The notes under the pieces are model-generated. The model was not told the DNA's origin. It saw only the letters and a list, made by a program, of their open reading frames with translations, and ran no database searches. Shown here one piece after another: positions 15,794 through 25,649 of a stretch of 39,966 nucleotides of DNA. Position 1 is the stretch's first letter. Every line of letters begins with the position of its first letter. The translations under genes and the position numbers were made by a program. The stretch comes from Pseudomonadota bacterium (lineage in GTDB: Bacteria; Bdellovibrionota; FAC87; UBA2466): NCBI GenBank assembly GCA_043767805.1, contig JAYUGC010000026.1:1-39966 (forward strand). Direction: 5' to 3'.

Positions 15794-17218
15794 GTGGCCT
15801 CAACTCGTTTGTTCTTGGTAGCGCTTTGCTCGTTCTTCGCCGCAGCGGTAATCGCTGCGCCTTCCACTGTAAAAATCCGCAGCGGACTTTGCGGCGCGAG
15901 CGCCTCGCTCACCACTTCCGGGGTGCCGATCGTTTTTGACGGCAAGACGTATGTGCTGACGAGCTCCTGGGGAATTCTCGAGGAAGCGACTGGGGTTTGT
16001 CATGAGATCACCGACGGGAAGGGCGCGACCTACCAAGGTGCGCTCGCAGCTCTCGATTGGGCTTTGGGATACGCGCTTCTCGAAGCGCCCGGTCTCACGG
16101 TAACGGAAGATTTCGTCTCGGCCTCGGCGCTTCCGACCGCGGGCGATCTCGAAATCCAAGGCTACTCCACGGCCGGCACCGCCGAAACGAAGCACGGCCG
16201 CATCGTCGCTTCGAAAAGTAGCCGCCACCATTTTCCCTCCCTCGATTATTCGTTCGAAGTCCTGGCCGATCGCCTCCCCTCGGCTTTTATCGGCGCGCCC
16301 GTGTACGGCAAAAGCCTCGAAGGGATCTTGTCCGCGCAGTGGCTCGAGATCGTTGCCGGCACGTACTCGAAAATCCGCGAATGGAAGACGGGATCCACGG
16401 AGACGCCCAATCACTTCTTCGTCATTCCGCTCGCTTTGATCCGGGCGAATCTGCAAAACGGCCTTCCCAAGCGTACGACGTTCCAACCCGCGAGCACGAA
16501 GCTCGGCGATCGCTCGATCTTATTCACCGGCGCCTATAAGTTTGGTTTGAAATGCCCGGTAGGCGCTGGCCTTCCGCCCGCGGATGGCGTGGGTCCCATC
16601 GGTGGGGGAGATGGCGTTGGCGTCGGCGGCTCCATGAAAGGCGCTGAGACTTGCACGGCGAGCCTCTCCAAGCAGAAGGAAATCACTCTCGCTACGCCGA
16701 AGTTTCTGCCGCACGCCTTTGTGAAAGATCTTACGACGCCACTTTCCAGCGGGGGCGTCTTGGACTTTCCTTTCTTGAGTACTCGTAGCGCGGGTACGAA
16801 GCTCGCGCGCGTTCCGTTTTTCTCCGTGCCGCATTTTTTCAATGAGCTTTCTCACGGTAAGCGTAACTGGGTCTTGGTTCCGGCGACGAAGGCCCCTCTC
16901 ACCGGCGGGACGCTATTTGAAGAGCTTCTGGCCGAGAACGCGAAGCTTAAAGATCTCCTCTTGCAAACCTATTCGCTCATTACCGCCCGTGAAGACGATC
17001 GAGACGACTACCGCGTCCTCTATACGCACGCGGTCGTTTTGGAATCGCTTAACTGGAAGCTGGTCAAATGGGCCGACGTCCAAAGTCTTTTGACCCTGGT
17101 CGGGCATATGGATTTTGTCGAAGGTATCCAGTGGAAGGGCGCCCTGCTTCGCCAGCAGCTGGCCGACACTATACAAAGGATGGATAGAATATTTATGGCC
17201 GTCGGAGGTACGTTATGA
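15794..17218 (+). CDS. Secreted trypsin-like fold protein, probably catalytically inactive
   Basis: Aligns by eye with the next gene (YVLTSSW, LDWALGYALLE, SAFIGAPV) but lacks the catalytic His and Ser; GTG start with GGGGG RBS. Confidence 0.6.
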   Translation: MASTRLFLVALCSFFAAAVIAAPSTVKIRSGLCGASASLTTSGVPIVFDGKTYVLTSSWGILEEATGVCHEITDGKGATYQGALAALDWALGYALLEAPGLTVTEDFVSASALPTAGDLEIQGYSTAGTAETKHGRIVASKSSRHHFPSLDYSFEVLADRLPSAFIGAPVYGKSLEGILSAQWLEIVAGTYSKIREWKTGSTETPNHFFVIPLALIRANLQNGLPKRTTFQPASTKLGDRSILFTGAYKFGLKCPVGAGLPPADGVGPIGGGDGVGVGGSMKGAETCTASLSKQKEITLATPKFLPHAFVKDLTTPLSSGGVLDFPFLSTRSAGTKLARVPFFSVPHFFNELSHGKRNWVLVPATKAPLTGGTLFEELLAENAKLKDLLLQTYSLITAREDDRDDYRVLYTHAVVLESLNWKLVKWADVQSLLTLVGHMDFVEGIQWKGALLRQQLADTIQRMDRIFMAVGGTL

Positions 17219-18627
17219 AGTTCGCTGTTTTTCTGCTCGCTCTCTGTTTGCCGGCTCTCGCCACCGATGCGACCCTCATCCGTCGCTCGCTCATTAAAAT
17301 AACCTCGACCCAGTCGGGGGCTTCCGCCGAGTTAAGAGGCAGCGGGCTTCTCTTTAACCGAAACGGGAAGCGGTACGTGCTGACTTCCGACCATGTGGTC
17401 GCCCACACCAACGGACTGTTCGGCTCGCACCAGGCGACGAGCTCGGTGACGAACGAGACTTGCAAGCTGAAATTTCTCGCGGCCGAATGGGCCAACGGTT
17501 TGGCTTTACTCGAGGTTGAAAACGACACGAATCCCGCCGACGCAATTCCCTATGCGGAGCTCGCGGTGGCGCCCACGTCAAAAGCAGGCGACGCGGCTTC
17601 CTTTTACGGCTACCCGTTCGAGTCGAGCGATCTGACGGAGGAAACGTTCGCGAAGCTTCTTAATTTTGCGGCCCCGGTGCCTTACTTCGTGGGACCGAGA
17701 AGCCTCTTGGAGCTGGAAGCCGCCATCGGAGAGTTCGGGATGTCGGGCGGCGCTGCGTTCTCGGCGGCCGGAGATTTCCTGGGCGTCATCGCTTATCAGA
17801 AAATTCTGGATACGAGCCTTCAGCCGCAGCCCAATCGCGTGTATGCGATTCCCAGAGACACCGTCTTGCCGTGGGTCGATCACTATTTCGCAACGACGAC
17901 CAATTACCGTCCCTATTTTTCCGAGCCTTGGTTCGCGCAAGGGGACCCGAGACAGCTGCTTCTCACCAATGACGGTTTGATGCTCATGTTCCGTAACGTG
18001 CAGGGGCAGTTTCGCTTGGCCTTGGGCCACGTGCAGCAGCTGATTATCCTAAAAGATGGCCCCACGATTCCTTACGTCGACAAGCGCGGGTTCATGACGG
18101 CCTTTCGAAAATTCATCAAGGAAGAGCCGTGGCGTCCTTCCGAGTTCGCGGTCTTCGAGCGCACGATGGGAATCCCCGTCGTGAGAAAGATCCAATACCC
18201 CGCCGAAGTTTTGACGAGCTTTGACGACCCTAAGACCTCGGTCATCCTCTTGCTCGGAGAAAAACACGAAGAGCGCTACGACCGGGTGAAGCCCGCGTTC
18301 GATAAGTTCGAGCTGGGTCTCGCGGACCTCAATAAGGCGATGGCAGGGCAAACGGCGCCGCAGTGGACGGCGCTCGCGAAAGACCTCGCTTCGCTCTCCG
18401 CTAATTTGAAAACCATGCCCGCGAAACCGAATAACCCAGGCGCCGCGGGAGCCAACGAGTTCTTCTCGACCGATTGGGTGAGCCCGGTCATGTTTCAAAT
18501 CGAAGCGGATACCGGCCATGCGGGCTGGAAAGAAGCCGATGCCATCGCGCCCGCGCGGGTCAAAGACGTGAGAGGGAAGCTCCAAGAGCTCGGGGCCTCC
18601 TTCAAAGCCATCGTCGTAAGTCCCTAA
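17215..18627 (+). CDS. Secreted trypsin-like (S1) serine protease
   Basis: GSGLLF, VLTSDHVV (His), GLALLE, YGYP, FGMSGG (Ser); ATGA overlap with the upstream gene. Confidence 0.78.
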   Translation: MKFAVFLLALCLPALATDATLIRRSLIKITSTQSGASAELRGSGLLFNRNGKRYVLTSDHVVAHTNGLFGSHQATSSVTNETCKLKFLAAEWANGLALLEVENDTNPADAIPYAELAVAPTSKAGDAASFYGYPFESSDLTEETFAKLLNFAAPVPYFVGPRSLLELEAAIGEFGMSGGAAFSAAGDFLGVIAYQKILDTSLQPQPNRVYAIPRDTVLPWVDHYFATTTNYRPYFSEPWFAQGDPRQLLLTNDGLMLMFRNVQGQFRLALGHVQQLIILKDGPTIPYVDKRGFMTAFRKFIKEEPWRPSEFAVFERTMGIPVVRKIQYPAEVLTSFDDPKTSVILLLGEKHEERYDRVKPAFDKFELGLADLNKAMAGQTAPQWTALAKDLASLSANLKTMPAKPNNPGAAGANEFFSTDWVSPVMFQIEADTGHAGWKEADAIAPARVKDVRGKLQELGASFKAIVVSP

Positions 18628-18794
18628 TTAGGGACCTGAAACCGTTTCGAAACATTTGGGGGCTAGCTTCTTATGTAGGAGGCCTAGCCATGCACCCCCC
18701 CGTAAAGCCTCGAAAGCAGGCTGGAAACGGTGCGCCAAATTCCTCTCAATCCCGCTCTCCAAAATGTCGAAAAGGTGGGGAAGGGGAGGCGCCC

Positions 18795-19466
18795 GTGGAT
18801 ACCGTTTTGCTGCTGGAAGACAATGAGACTTTGGCCAAGCATTTGAAGGCTGGGCTGGAGCTCGCCAATTTCAAAGTCACCCTCGCGACGACTTTGTCGG
18901 AAGCGCGAAAATGCCTTTTCAAGGAAAAATTTTCGATACTGCTCTTCGATGTGAATCTTCCCGACGGCAACGGCTTTGAGCTCTGTCAGGAAGTCATCGA
19001 AGCCCAGCTCGACGCTCCGGTCATCTTTCTCACCGCGAAGACGGACGAAGAGTCCGCGGTCGAAGGCCTTTCCCTCGGCGCGAAGGATTACGTACGTAAG
19101 CCGTTTCAGATCCGCGAGCTCGTCGCCCGCATGCACGCGCAAATTGCCCGTAGCGGTAAGGCGGGCAAGCAGGCCGAGTTCGAAGGCGTGGTCATCGACA
19201 TGGCCGAGCGCCGCGCCCGGTACCGGGAAAAAGAGCTCTCTCTGAGCCGCGGTGAGTTTGACGTGTTTTCTTATCTCGTTCGCCACGGCGGAAACCTCGT
19301 CGATCGCGAAAAGTGTCTCCAGGAAATCGACTCCGCGAGCGAAATGAATAGCCGCTCTCTCGACGTCGTCGTTTCTCGCATCCGCAAGAAGCTCGTGGGC
19401 GCGGGAGCTAAAGACGTCGTCATCGAGTCGGAGTACGGCATCGGTTATCGGCTGGTGAAAAAATGA
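18795..19466 (+). CDS. OmpR-family response regulator
   Basis: LLLEDN, FDVNLPDGNG, FLTA, KPF, winged helix RSLDVVVSRIRKKL...YGIGY; GTG 18795 with GGGGAGG RBS. Confidence 0.92.
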   Translation: MDTVLLLEDNETLAKHLKAGLELANFKVTLATTLSEARKCLFKEKFSILLFDVNLPDGNGFELCQEVIEAQLDAPVIFLTAKTDEESAVEGLSLGAKDYVRKPFQIRELVARMHAQIARSGKAGKQAEFEGVVIDMAERRARYREKELSLSRGEFDVFSYLVRHGGNLVDREKCLQEIDSASEMNSRSLDVVVSRIRKKLVGAGAKDVVIESEYGIGYRLVKK

Positions 19467-20911
19467 AATTTCCGGGATGGGTGCGACACGGCCTCATCCT
19501 GGCTGCTTGCTATTGGGCTTTCTCTTTTGTCAGCGTCTTTCTGGCGGTCTTTGCCTTCCGCGGCCAGATTCTGACTCTGGTCTCCGGCGCGAATAAGGAA
19601 GTCGCCGTTTGGCTCGGCGACGATTCCGACGAGCGCATGCAAAAACGGCTCGATGGTCTGCGGAAGTTGAAAAAGGCAGGCCCGACGGTGGTGGGCGATC
19701 TTTGGATCGTGGATGAGACGGGAAAGATCTACGCCACTACGTCGGAATATCCACTGCCTGATTTTTGGCGAGAGGCGCCATTGCCCACGGAACCTCTCGA
19801 GCCCGCGCTTTACGACATGGAGCTATTTTCCAAGCGCCAACTGGTGGTGATTCTCCTTCGGAGCCACCCCGCCCGCTATATGGTTTCCGCGAGTCTTTCC
19901 CACATTCCTGAAGTCGCAGAGCGGTCTACCATGGGGCGAATCATCGAGGGCAGCCGCTACTACATGATTTGGTACATTCTAGGAACGGCCTTTTTGTCCA
20001 CGTTTACCGTTCTCTATGTGTTTCGCCATAAAGCTAAGCAGGCCGGCCGAGTGATGACGGCCATCGCCACCGGGGATTTGAAGGCTCGGTTCGTGGTATC
20101 GAAAGTCGACGAGATCGGCGGTCTGATGGCCCGTTTCAATAGCATGGCCGAGACCATCGAGTCCCTCGTGAACCGGCTGAAAGCGGCCGAGGCCGCCCGC
20201 GTCTCACTCCTTCAGGAGCTCAACCACGATTTGCGTACGCCGCTCACGTCACTCCACTTGATGGTGGAGACCATGACGGATCACCACGCGCGCCTCACCG
20301 CCAAAAAGCGGGAAGGACTCATCAAAGACATCGGCAAAGAGCTCGATTACGTGACCCGCCTCGTGCAGTTTCTTTTTTCTCTCTCCGACATGGCCGAGGC
20401 GAGTTACCGCGTCGATTTCGCGAAGGAAGATATCCGGGGCTTGGTGAAGGAGGAAATCGCGCACCGCAAATCGAGTCCTTTCCCCGGGGGCAAGCCCATG
20501 CAGTGGTCATTCGAGGCGAAAGGCCCGACCCATTGCTTCGTGGATGGGGATAGATCGCTTCTGGGCCGCTTGGTGCGAAACACTTTGGATAACGCTTCGA
20601 AGTTCGCTAGCGGCAAAGTGCACATGCGACTTACCGACCACAAGTCGGTCTGGACGCTCGAGTGTTTTGACGACGGTCCTGGCCCCAGTGAAGTAGCGCT
20701 GAAGAGTTTCGGCCGCCGTCCGGCTAAGCCTCACGGTCTCGAAGTCCTGAAGCCCGCCCAGAGCGTGGGACTAGGCTCCGCCATCATGCTAGCGGTCGCC
20801 GAGCTGCATGGAGGCTCCGTCACGCTTGGCAAGGCCGACGCTCCTTGGGGCGCGGTTCTCACCGTCACCTTGCCCAAAGGCAAGCTCTCCTCCCTGCGCC
20901 GGGCAGCCTAG
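19463..20911 (+). CDS. HAMP-domain sensor histidine kinase
   Basis: Two TM segments, DEIGGLMARFNSMA HAMP, NHDLRTPL, NTLDNASKF, DDGPG, GLGSAI. Confidence 0.9.
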   Translation: MKFPGWVRHGLILAACYWAFSFVSVFLAVFAFRGQILTLVSGANKEVAVWLGDDSDERMQKRLDGLRKLKKAGPTVVGDLWIVDETGKIYATTSEYPLPDFWREAPLPTEPLEPALYDMELFSKRQLVVILLRSHPARYMVSASLSHIPEVAERSTMGRIIEGSRYYMIWYILGTAFLSTFTVLYVFRHKAKQAGRVMTAIATGDLKARFVVSKVDEIGGLMARFNSMAETIESLVNRLKAAEAARVSLLQELNHDLRTPLTSLHLMVETMTDHHARLTAKKREGLIKDIGKELDYVTRLVQFLFSLSDMAEASYRVDFAKEDIRGLVKEEIAHRKSSPFPGGKPMQWSFEAKGPTHCFVDGDRSLLGRLVRNTLDNASKFASGKVHMRLTDHKSVWTLECFDDGPGPSEVALKSFGRRPAKPHGLEVLKPAQSVGLGSAIMLAVAELHGGSVTLGKADAPWGAVLTVTLPKGKLSSLRRAA

Positions 20912-20913
20912 AA

Positions 20914-20940
20914 GCCCGCTAAATCCTCAATTTAGCAGGC
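20914..20940. terminator. Possible terminator hairpin
   Basis: GCTAAAT...ATTTAGC stem immediately after the kinase stop; no clear U-tract. Confidence 0.3.
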
Positions 20941-20987
20941 GTAGGCATTGTCGCAATTCTGCAAGGTTGCGCCGTTAAGCTCTATCT

Positions 20988-21899
20988 ATGAGCTTACTCA
21001 ACCAAAAAGGTGAGACCCTGATGACCGTGCTTGCGGCGGCCACCATCGGCAGCATCGTGATGCTGGGAGCGAGCCGCTTTACCTCCACGCTTTTTAAGTC
21101 CACGAAGCACTCCGAGCTTTCCGCGGATTTCGCTCTGCTGAAAAACGTGTTGAACGATCAGATCGACTGCGACGCCACGTTTGCTTCGGCCGGCATCAAT
21201 CCAAACGATCCTAAGTTTTGTAATTCCAATTCGTCGGATACGGGGCAGGACCAGGCGGGCATTTATCTCCGCCTTCGCCGCAAGGTCTCCAATGGCTCGG
21301 TGCAATTTCTGACGGGCGCTCTGAATCACGGGTCGGCTAAACTTGGCACGTACTCCATACGGGCGACTTGCTCCGTCGCCGAGCAAAGCCTCGTGGTGCG
21401 GGCGGCCATGCCGTTGGGCAAAGGATTCGCGGAAGACCCTCTGACTCGACGGCTGGCGAGCTGGGACATTCCCAAGGCGCTGCTCTTCGGCGGCGCGGGC
21501 ACCGCCATCCCCCTCTGTTACAAGGGCGGAAGCGCGCTTTCCAAGCGTCAGGCGAATCTCATCGTCTACGTTCCCATCACCAATGCGGGTGGGGATTTTA
21601 TCGATATCGATCTCACGGGAACCGCCCCCGCCGCTTTCGGAACGGGCAGCCTCTCTTCTTGGGATTGGATGGAGGCGTTTTCTAAAAGTGGCAAAGTCAT
21701 GGCCGCGGCCAGCGTTCGCTTTATCGATGTCCGCGTGGGTTACTCCAACGTGACGGCGACCCCGCTCATCAATTTGACTTACCCGTCGCCAGGGCGAGTT
21801 CGCATCGTCCTTGGTGTGGTAGGCGACATCGAAGCGGCGGGGGGCAGTAACCCGGCAAAAGGCAGCCTGCAAATTCAGCTCAATGTAACGCAATACTAG
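20988..21899 (+). CDS. Pilin-like (class III signal) protein, atypical
   Basis: NQKG|ETLMTVLAAATIGSIVML hydrophobic helix; no Glu at +5; Cys-containing globular domain. Confidence 0.6.
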   Translation: MSLLNQKGETLMTVLAAATIGSIVMLGASRFTSTLFKSTKHSELSADFALLKNVLNDQIDCDATFASAGINPNDPKFCNSNSSDTGQDQAGIYLRLRRKVSNGSVQFLTGALNHGSAKLGTYSIRATCSVAEQSLVVRAAMPLGKGFAEDPLTRRLASWDIPKALLFGGAGTAIPLCYKGGSALSKRQANLIVYVPITNAGGDFIDIDLTGTAPAAFGTGSLSSWDWMEAFSKSGKVMAAASVRFIDVRVGYSNVTATPLINLTYPSPGRVRIVLGVVGDIEAAGGSNPAKGSLQIQLNVTQY

Positions 21900-21912
21900 G
21901 AGACGGCAAAAA

Positions 21913-23448
21913 GTGAAGGCGCGGCAACTTTGGTTCATCCTCTTGGTCCTCTTTTCCACCTCGCTCACCAACGCGGGAGAGCGAGTGCTCACCCGGAGCG
22001 GCTATATCGTCGGCAAAAGCCTGCCGCGCTCGACAGTCTTTTTGGGAGTTCCTTTCGCGGAACCTCCCGTGGGCGCGCTTCGCTGGAAAGCGCCGAAGCC
22101 GGTGACACCTTGGCGAGGAGATTTCCCGGCGCAAAAGTTTGGCTCGGTTTGCGCGACCCTCACGCCCACGAAGATTGTGGGAAGCGAAGACTGCCTTTAC
22201 CTCAATGTCTGGGTTCCGGCGATTGGGGTCAACGAGCGGCTTCCGGTCATGGTCTACATCCACGGCGGCGGCCTCATGCTTGGCTCCGCCGCCGACCCGA
22301 GCTTTGACGGAGCTAACCTCGCCGAGCGAGGGCGCGTGATTGTCGTCACGATTCAGTATCGTTTGGGCGAGTTTGGCTATATGGCGCACCCGGCTCTCAG
22401 CCGCGAGAGTGCTTATGGCGGTTCCGGTAACTACGGCATGATGGATCAAATCGCTTCGCTGACCTGGGTGAAGGACAACATCGCCGCGTTCGGGGGCGAC
22501 GCCTCCAACGTGACGGTCTTTTCGGAATCCGGAGGTGCCGCCTCGGCGTGCGCGCTTCTCGCCTCGCCCCGGACCAAGGGGTTGTTCTCCCGGGTCATCT
22601 TGGAGAGCATGTCTTGCCCGGCCATTGGAAAAGGATTGGCGGAGCAGGAAGGGCTTGCCTCCGCTAAGGCCGCCGGCTGCGAAGGAGTCGGCGACTCGAC
22701 GTTAGCTTGTCTGCGCGCCAAACCGCTCGCCGCGATCATGCACACTCCGTCAACCGAGATGGTATCCCGTAAGGATTTTCGCCGCATGACCTCCACTTTG
22801 AGTGTCGACGGCTACTACCTTCCCGAGCTTCCCTTGGAATTGGTTCGATCGGGGAAGGGGCAGCACCTTCCCATGCTTCTCGGCAACAACTCGGCCGAGG
22901 GAATGTTCTTCGTTCCCTTCTATTACACGCCGCTGACGCTTCTCACTCAGATCACGGCTTTTTTCGGCCCCGTGGGGGCCACTCAACTTTACGCGCATTA
23001 CCCGCGCGAGCTCTATTCCTCCACGCTGGCTCAGGCGGAGGCTATCTTCGCCGACAGCATGTTCGATTGCCGCGCTCGGCGTTTGGCGCGTGCGAAAATC
23101 CAAGGCGATTCCGCACCGGTCTATCGCTACCTCTACACTTTCGGAATGGTAATGGGTGGCCTCACTTTGCCGGCCGTCCATACTGCGGAGACTCCCTTCG
23201 TTTTTCAGCGCGGGGCGGTGCTGAAAGGTTTTCCGCTGAACCTCCAGGAGGCGAGGCTCGAAGCCGCGATACTGAGCTACTGGACTTCGTTTGCGCGCAC
23301 GGGAAATCCAAACGCGTCAGGAACCCCGCAGTGGGATGAGTTCTCGCCGGAGAAGGACAACTACCTGGTGCTCGGATCGGAAATCCATCCGGGCTCGGGC
23401 CGGCACCGCGCCCAGTGCGACCTTTGGGACCGTCTGGATCCACGTTAA
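21913..23448 (+). CDS. Type-B carboxylesterase/lipase
   Basis: GVPFAEPPVG.LRW, SEDCLYLN, IHGGG, FSESGG nucleophile elbow, NNSAEG, AVHTAE. Confidence 0.92.
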   Translation: MKARQLWFILLVLFSTSLTNAGERVLTRSGYIVGKSLPRSTVFLGVPFAEPPVGALRWKAPKPVTPWRGDFPAQKFGSVCATLTPTKIVGSEDCLYLNVWVPAIGVNERLPVMVYIHGGGLMLGSAADPSFDGANLAERGRVIVVTIQYRLGEFGYMAHPALSRESAYGGSGNYGMMDQIASLTWVKDNIAAFGGDASNVTVFSESGGAASACALLASPRTKGLFSRVILESMSCPAIGKGLAEQEGLASAKAAGCEGVGDSTLACLRAKPLAAIMHTPSTEMVSRKDFRRMTSTLSVDGYYLPELPLELVRSGKGQHLPMLLGNNSAEGMFFVPFYYTPLTLLTQITAFFGPVGATQLYAHYPRELYSSTLAQAEAIFADSMFDCRARRLARAKIQGDSAPVYRYLYTFGMVMGGLTLPAVHTAETPFVFQRGAVLKGFPLNLQEARLEAAILSYWTSFARTGNPNASGTPQWDEFSPEKDNYLVLGSEIHPGSGRHRAQCDLWDRLDPR

Positions 23449-23526
23449 TCACTGATCGTAACTATTGGATTTAACTCAAGTATATGCTGCAACGTTTTCG
23501 CAAGGGTCGGGCCGTATTCTAAGAGT

Positions 23527-23721
23527 ATGAAAACGAATCGCGCCACCAAAACCTACCTGACTCTGGTTCTCACCTTCGCCTTGGGCCTTGCCGGCACGAT
23601 CGTGCACGCGTCGTTTAACGAAGTGACCAACCCCAAGCGGGAAGCCGCGCCGTCGGTTCAGACCTCTTACCTCGGCATGAAGCTCGCGGGAGAGTTCGCG
23701 AAGCTTCAGCACCGAAACTAA
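23527..23721 (+). CDS. Small exported or membrane-anchored hypothetical protein
   Basis: Basic N-terminus plus hydrophobic helix; TATTCT 6 nt before ATG; 4-nt convergent overlap with LysR. Confidence 0.55.
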   Translation: MKTNRATKTYLTLVLTFALGLAGTIVHASFNEVTNPKREAAPSVQTSYLGMKLAGEFAKLQHRN

Positions 23722-24602
23722 GCCCGGGCCATTTCTCTGAGCTTCTTCAAGACCACCTCGGCTCTTGCCGGGAGTCGGTACCCGAGCCTCCGAATCAGAT
23801 ACACCGCCGACCGGGCCGGTCTCGATGCCCCCTTCGGATCCGCACTCACGAGTAACTTTCCGGAGAGCGCTTTCTCCACGCATTGCTTGGGAACGATGCC
23901 CGTCCCCGCGCCTTGAGCGAGCGCCTCGATTGCGCCGGCGAGGCTGCCAACGTGAAGTACGGATACGGGAGAGACGCGCTTGGAAACTCCGTGATGAGAC
24001 GCCCAAAGGCGGAAGAAAGTTTCCCATCCCGGATAGGTGACGAGCCGAAGCGGCTCTCCTTTTTCAAAACGAGGTTTCACGCCCTTCGCATGGACGGCCA
24101 CGTATTGTTCCTCGGAAAAGGTCTCGAATCTCAGATCGGGGGACGTCCTCTCTCCCACCACGAATCCGAAATCGTATTTGTCGTCGAGAACGCCCGCGAC
24201 AACCGCCTCGTTCGGAACGATGGCGATGTCGAGCCGGATCTTCGGAAGCTCACCCAGGAGACGAAGGACCCTCTGATAAGCCGGGGTCCAAAGGCAGCTC
24301 TCGGGTTTGGCGAGGCGCACCAGCCCCTGGGGGGTTTCAGTCTCTTCTCGCAGCCGGCTCGTGAAGCCTGCTAAATCCTCGAGCCAAGGTGACGCAAAGT
24401 CGTTTAGCCGAGCCGCGAGCTGGGTAGGGCGGATGGCATGACCGTTTCGCTCGAAAAGCCGGTTTCCGAGCTGCGCCTCCAGGCGAGCGATGCGTTGGCT
24501 GACGTTCGGTTGACTGACGCCCAGGCGCTTGGCCGCCAGGGAAAAGCTGCCCGTCTCTATAACCGCGCGGAAAGTGCGAAGCGTCTGGGAATCGAAGTCC
24601 AT
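23718..24602 (-). CDS. LysR family transcriptional regulator
   Basis: GSFSLAAKRLGVSQPNVSQRIARLEAQLGNRLFER HTH_1 plus a substrate-binding domain. Confidence 0.93.
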   Translation of the reverse strand: MDFDSQTLRTFRAVIETGSFSLAAKRLGVSQPNVSQRIARLEAQLGNRLFERNGHAIRPTQLAARLNDFASPWLEDLAGFTSRLREETETPQGLVRLAKPESCLWTPAYQRVLRLLGELPKIRLDIAIVPNEAVVAGVLDDKYDFGFVVGERTSPDLRFETFSEEQYVAVHAKGVKPRFEKGEPLRLVTYPGWETFFRLWASHHGVSKRVSPVSVLHVGSLAGAIEALAQGAGTGIVPKQCVEKALSGKLLVSADPKGASRPARSAVYLIRRLGYRLPARAEVVLKKLREMARA

Positions 24603-24649
24603 AACGAATACTTATACAATGAATAATAAATATATGTTTTTATTATAAT
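24601..24649. promoter_or_regulatory. LysR box and divergent promoter
   Basis: ATAACGAATACTTAT (24601-24615, T-N11-A dyad) over the LysR start; ATAATAAA/TTTATTAT dyad (24623-24646); TATAAT at 24644-24649. Confidence 0.6.
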
Positions 24650-24688
24650 GGCCGGGGGCGTATCTCTCTTTCCTTAAAAGGAGATTCC

Positions 24689-25504
24689 ATGAAACTCAGG
24701 TCATTCATTTTGTTACTCGCATTGGGAGCAGGCCCTGCGCCGGCCGCCCAGAAGAAAATCCTAATCGTGCTGTCGGGAGCCACGGCGCTTCCTTTAAAAG
24801 AGGGAGGCACCCACCCGACCGGCTATTTCCTCTCCGAAGTCGTGGAGGGCGTGCGCGTCCTTCGCGCTAGGGGTTACGACCTCGTTTACGCAACTCCAAA
24901 TGGCGGATCGGCCGCGAAAGATGCGGGTAGCGATTCGGCGCAATGGTTTGCAAGCGAAACGGTTTACCGCGAAGCCAAAGCTTTGATGGCGCGTGAGACC
25001 GCGATTGAGCGCCCCGAAAGCGTCGCGCGCTTTTCCGAAGCCGAACTCTCGCGCTTCGCGGGAGTCTACGTGCCGGGTGGGTATGCCCCAATGATCGACT
25101 TGCCGACCAGTCAGGCGCTCGGAAAAGTCTTGCGCCACTTTCACGCGCGAAAGGCCCCCACGGCTCTCGTTTGCCACGGGCCAATCGCCCTACTCGCGGC
25201 CGGAGAGAGCTACCGCGGTTACCGAGCCACTATCGTATCCCGCGCCGAAGAGCGGGAAGAAGAAAGCGCCGGGCATTTGTCCGGCCACCAGCTCTACTAC
25301 GTCGAGGACGCTCTTCGGCAGAGAGGCTTGCGAGTTATCGTCGACAAACCTTGGACGTCTCACGTGGTTCAAGATCGCGAGGTGGTGACCGGCCAAAATC
25401 CCATGTCCGCGCCCGCGCTCATCGCGGCCTTTGTCGCGGCACTCGAAGCTACTTCCCGAGCCCTTCCGCCTGCATCGCTTTCTGAACGGCCGGCCGGGTC
25501 TTAG
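24689..25504 (+). CDS. DJ-1/PfpI (type 1 glutamine amidotransferase-like) protein with signal peptide
   Basis: TGYFLSE, YVPGGYAPMIDL, LVCHGP, VTGQNP; AAGGAG RBS. Confidence 0.9.
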   Translation: MKLRSFILLLALGAGPAPAAQKKILIVLSGATALPLKEGGTHPTGYFLSEVVEGVRVLRARGYDLVYATPNGGSAAKDAGSDSAQWFASETVYREAKALMARETAIERPESVARFSEAELSRFAGVYVPGGYAPMIDLPTSQALGKVLRHFHARKAPTALVCHGPIALLAAGESYRGYRATIVSRAEEREEESAGHLSGHQLYYVEDALRQRGLRVIVDKPWTSHVVQDREVVTGQNPMSAPALIAAFVAALEATSRALPPASLSERPAGS

Positions 25505-25649
25505 CTCGTTCCGCGAATCCGAGAAGCGTCGGCAGCTTGGTGAGATCGATGTGGTGATAGCGCGCCCATCCGAGCATGACGGTCAGATAGATGTCAGGAA
25601 GGGTAAAGGCGCTGCCCATGAGAAAACCGTCTTTGATGATGGTCTCGCC
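25449..25649 (-). pseudogene. Glutathione S-transferase C-terminal remnant
   Basis: Hand translation: GFLMGSAFTLPDIYLTVMLGWARYHHIDLTKLPTLLGFAERAKTRPAVQKAMQAEGLGK*; N-terminal domain absent; not in the ORF track. Confidence 0.75.

Noticed and set aside
18474..18794. Long N-terminal extension of the OmpR regulator (similarly for the ORFs at 541-1602, 1202-1744, 9153-10292, 34736-35923 and 39132-39881)
   Set aside because: Most extensions overlap neighbouring genes, and better starts exist at the domain boundaries.
22519..22540. Inactive esterase because of SESGG instead of GESAG
   Set aside because: The nucleophile Ser, acid Glu and His are all present; this is a minor variant.
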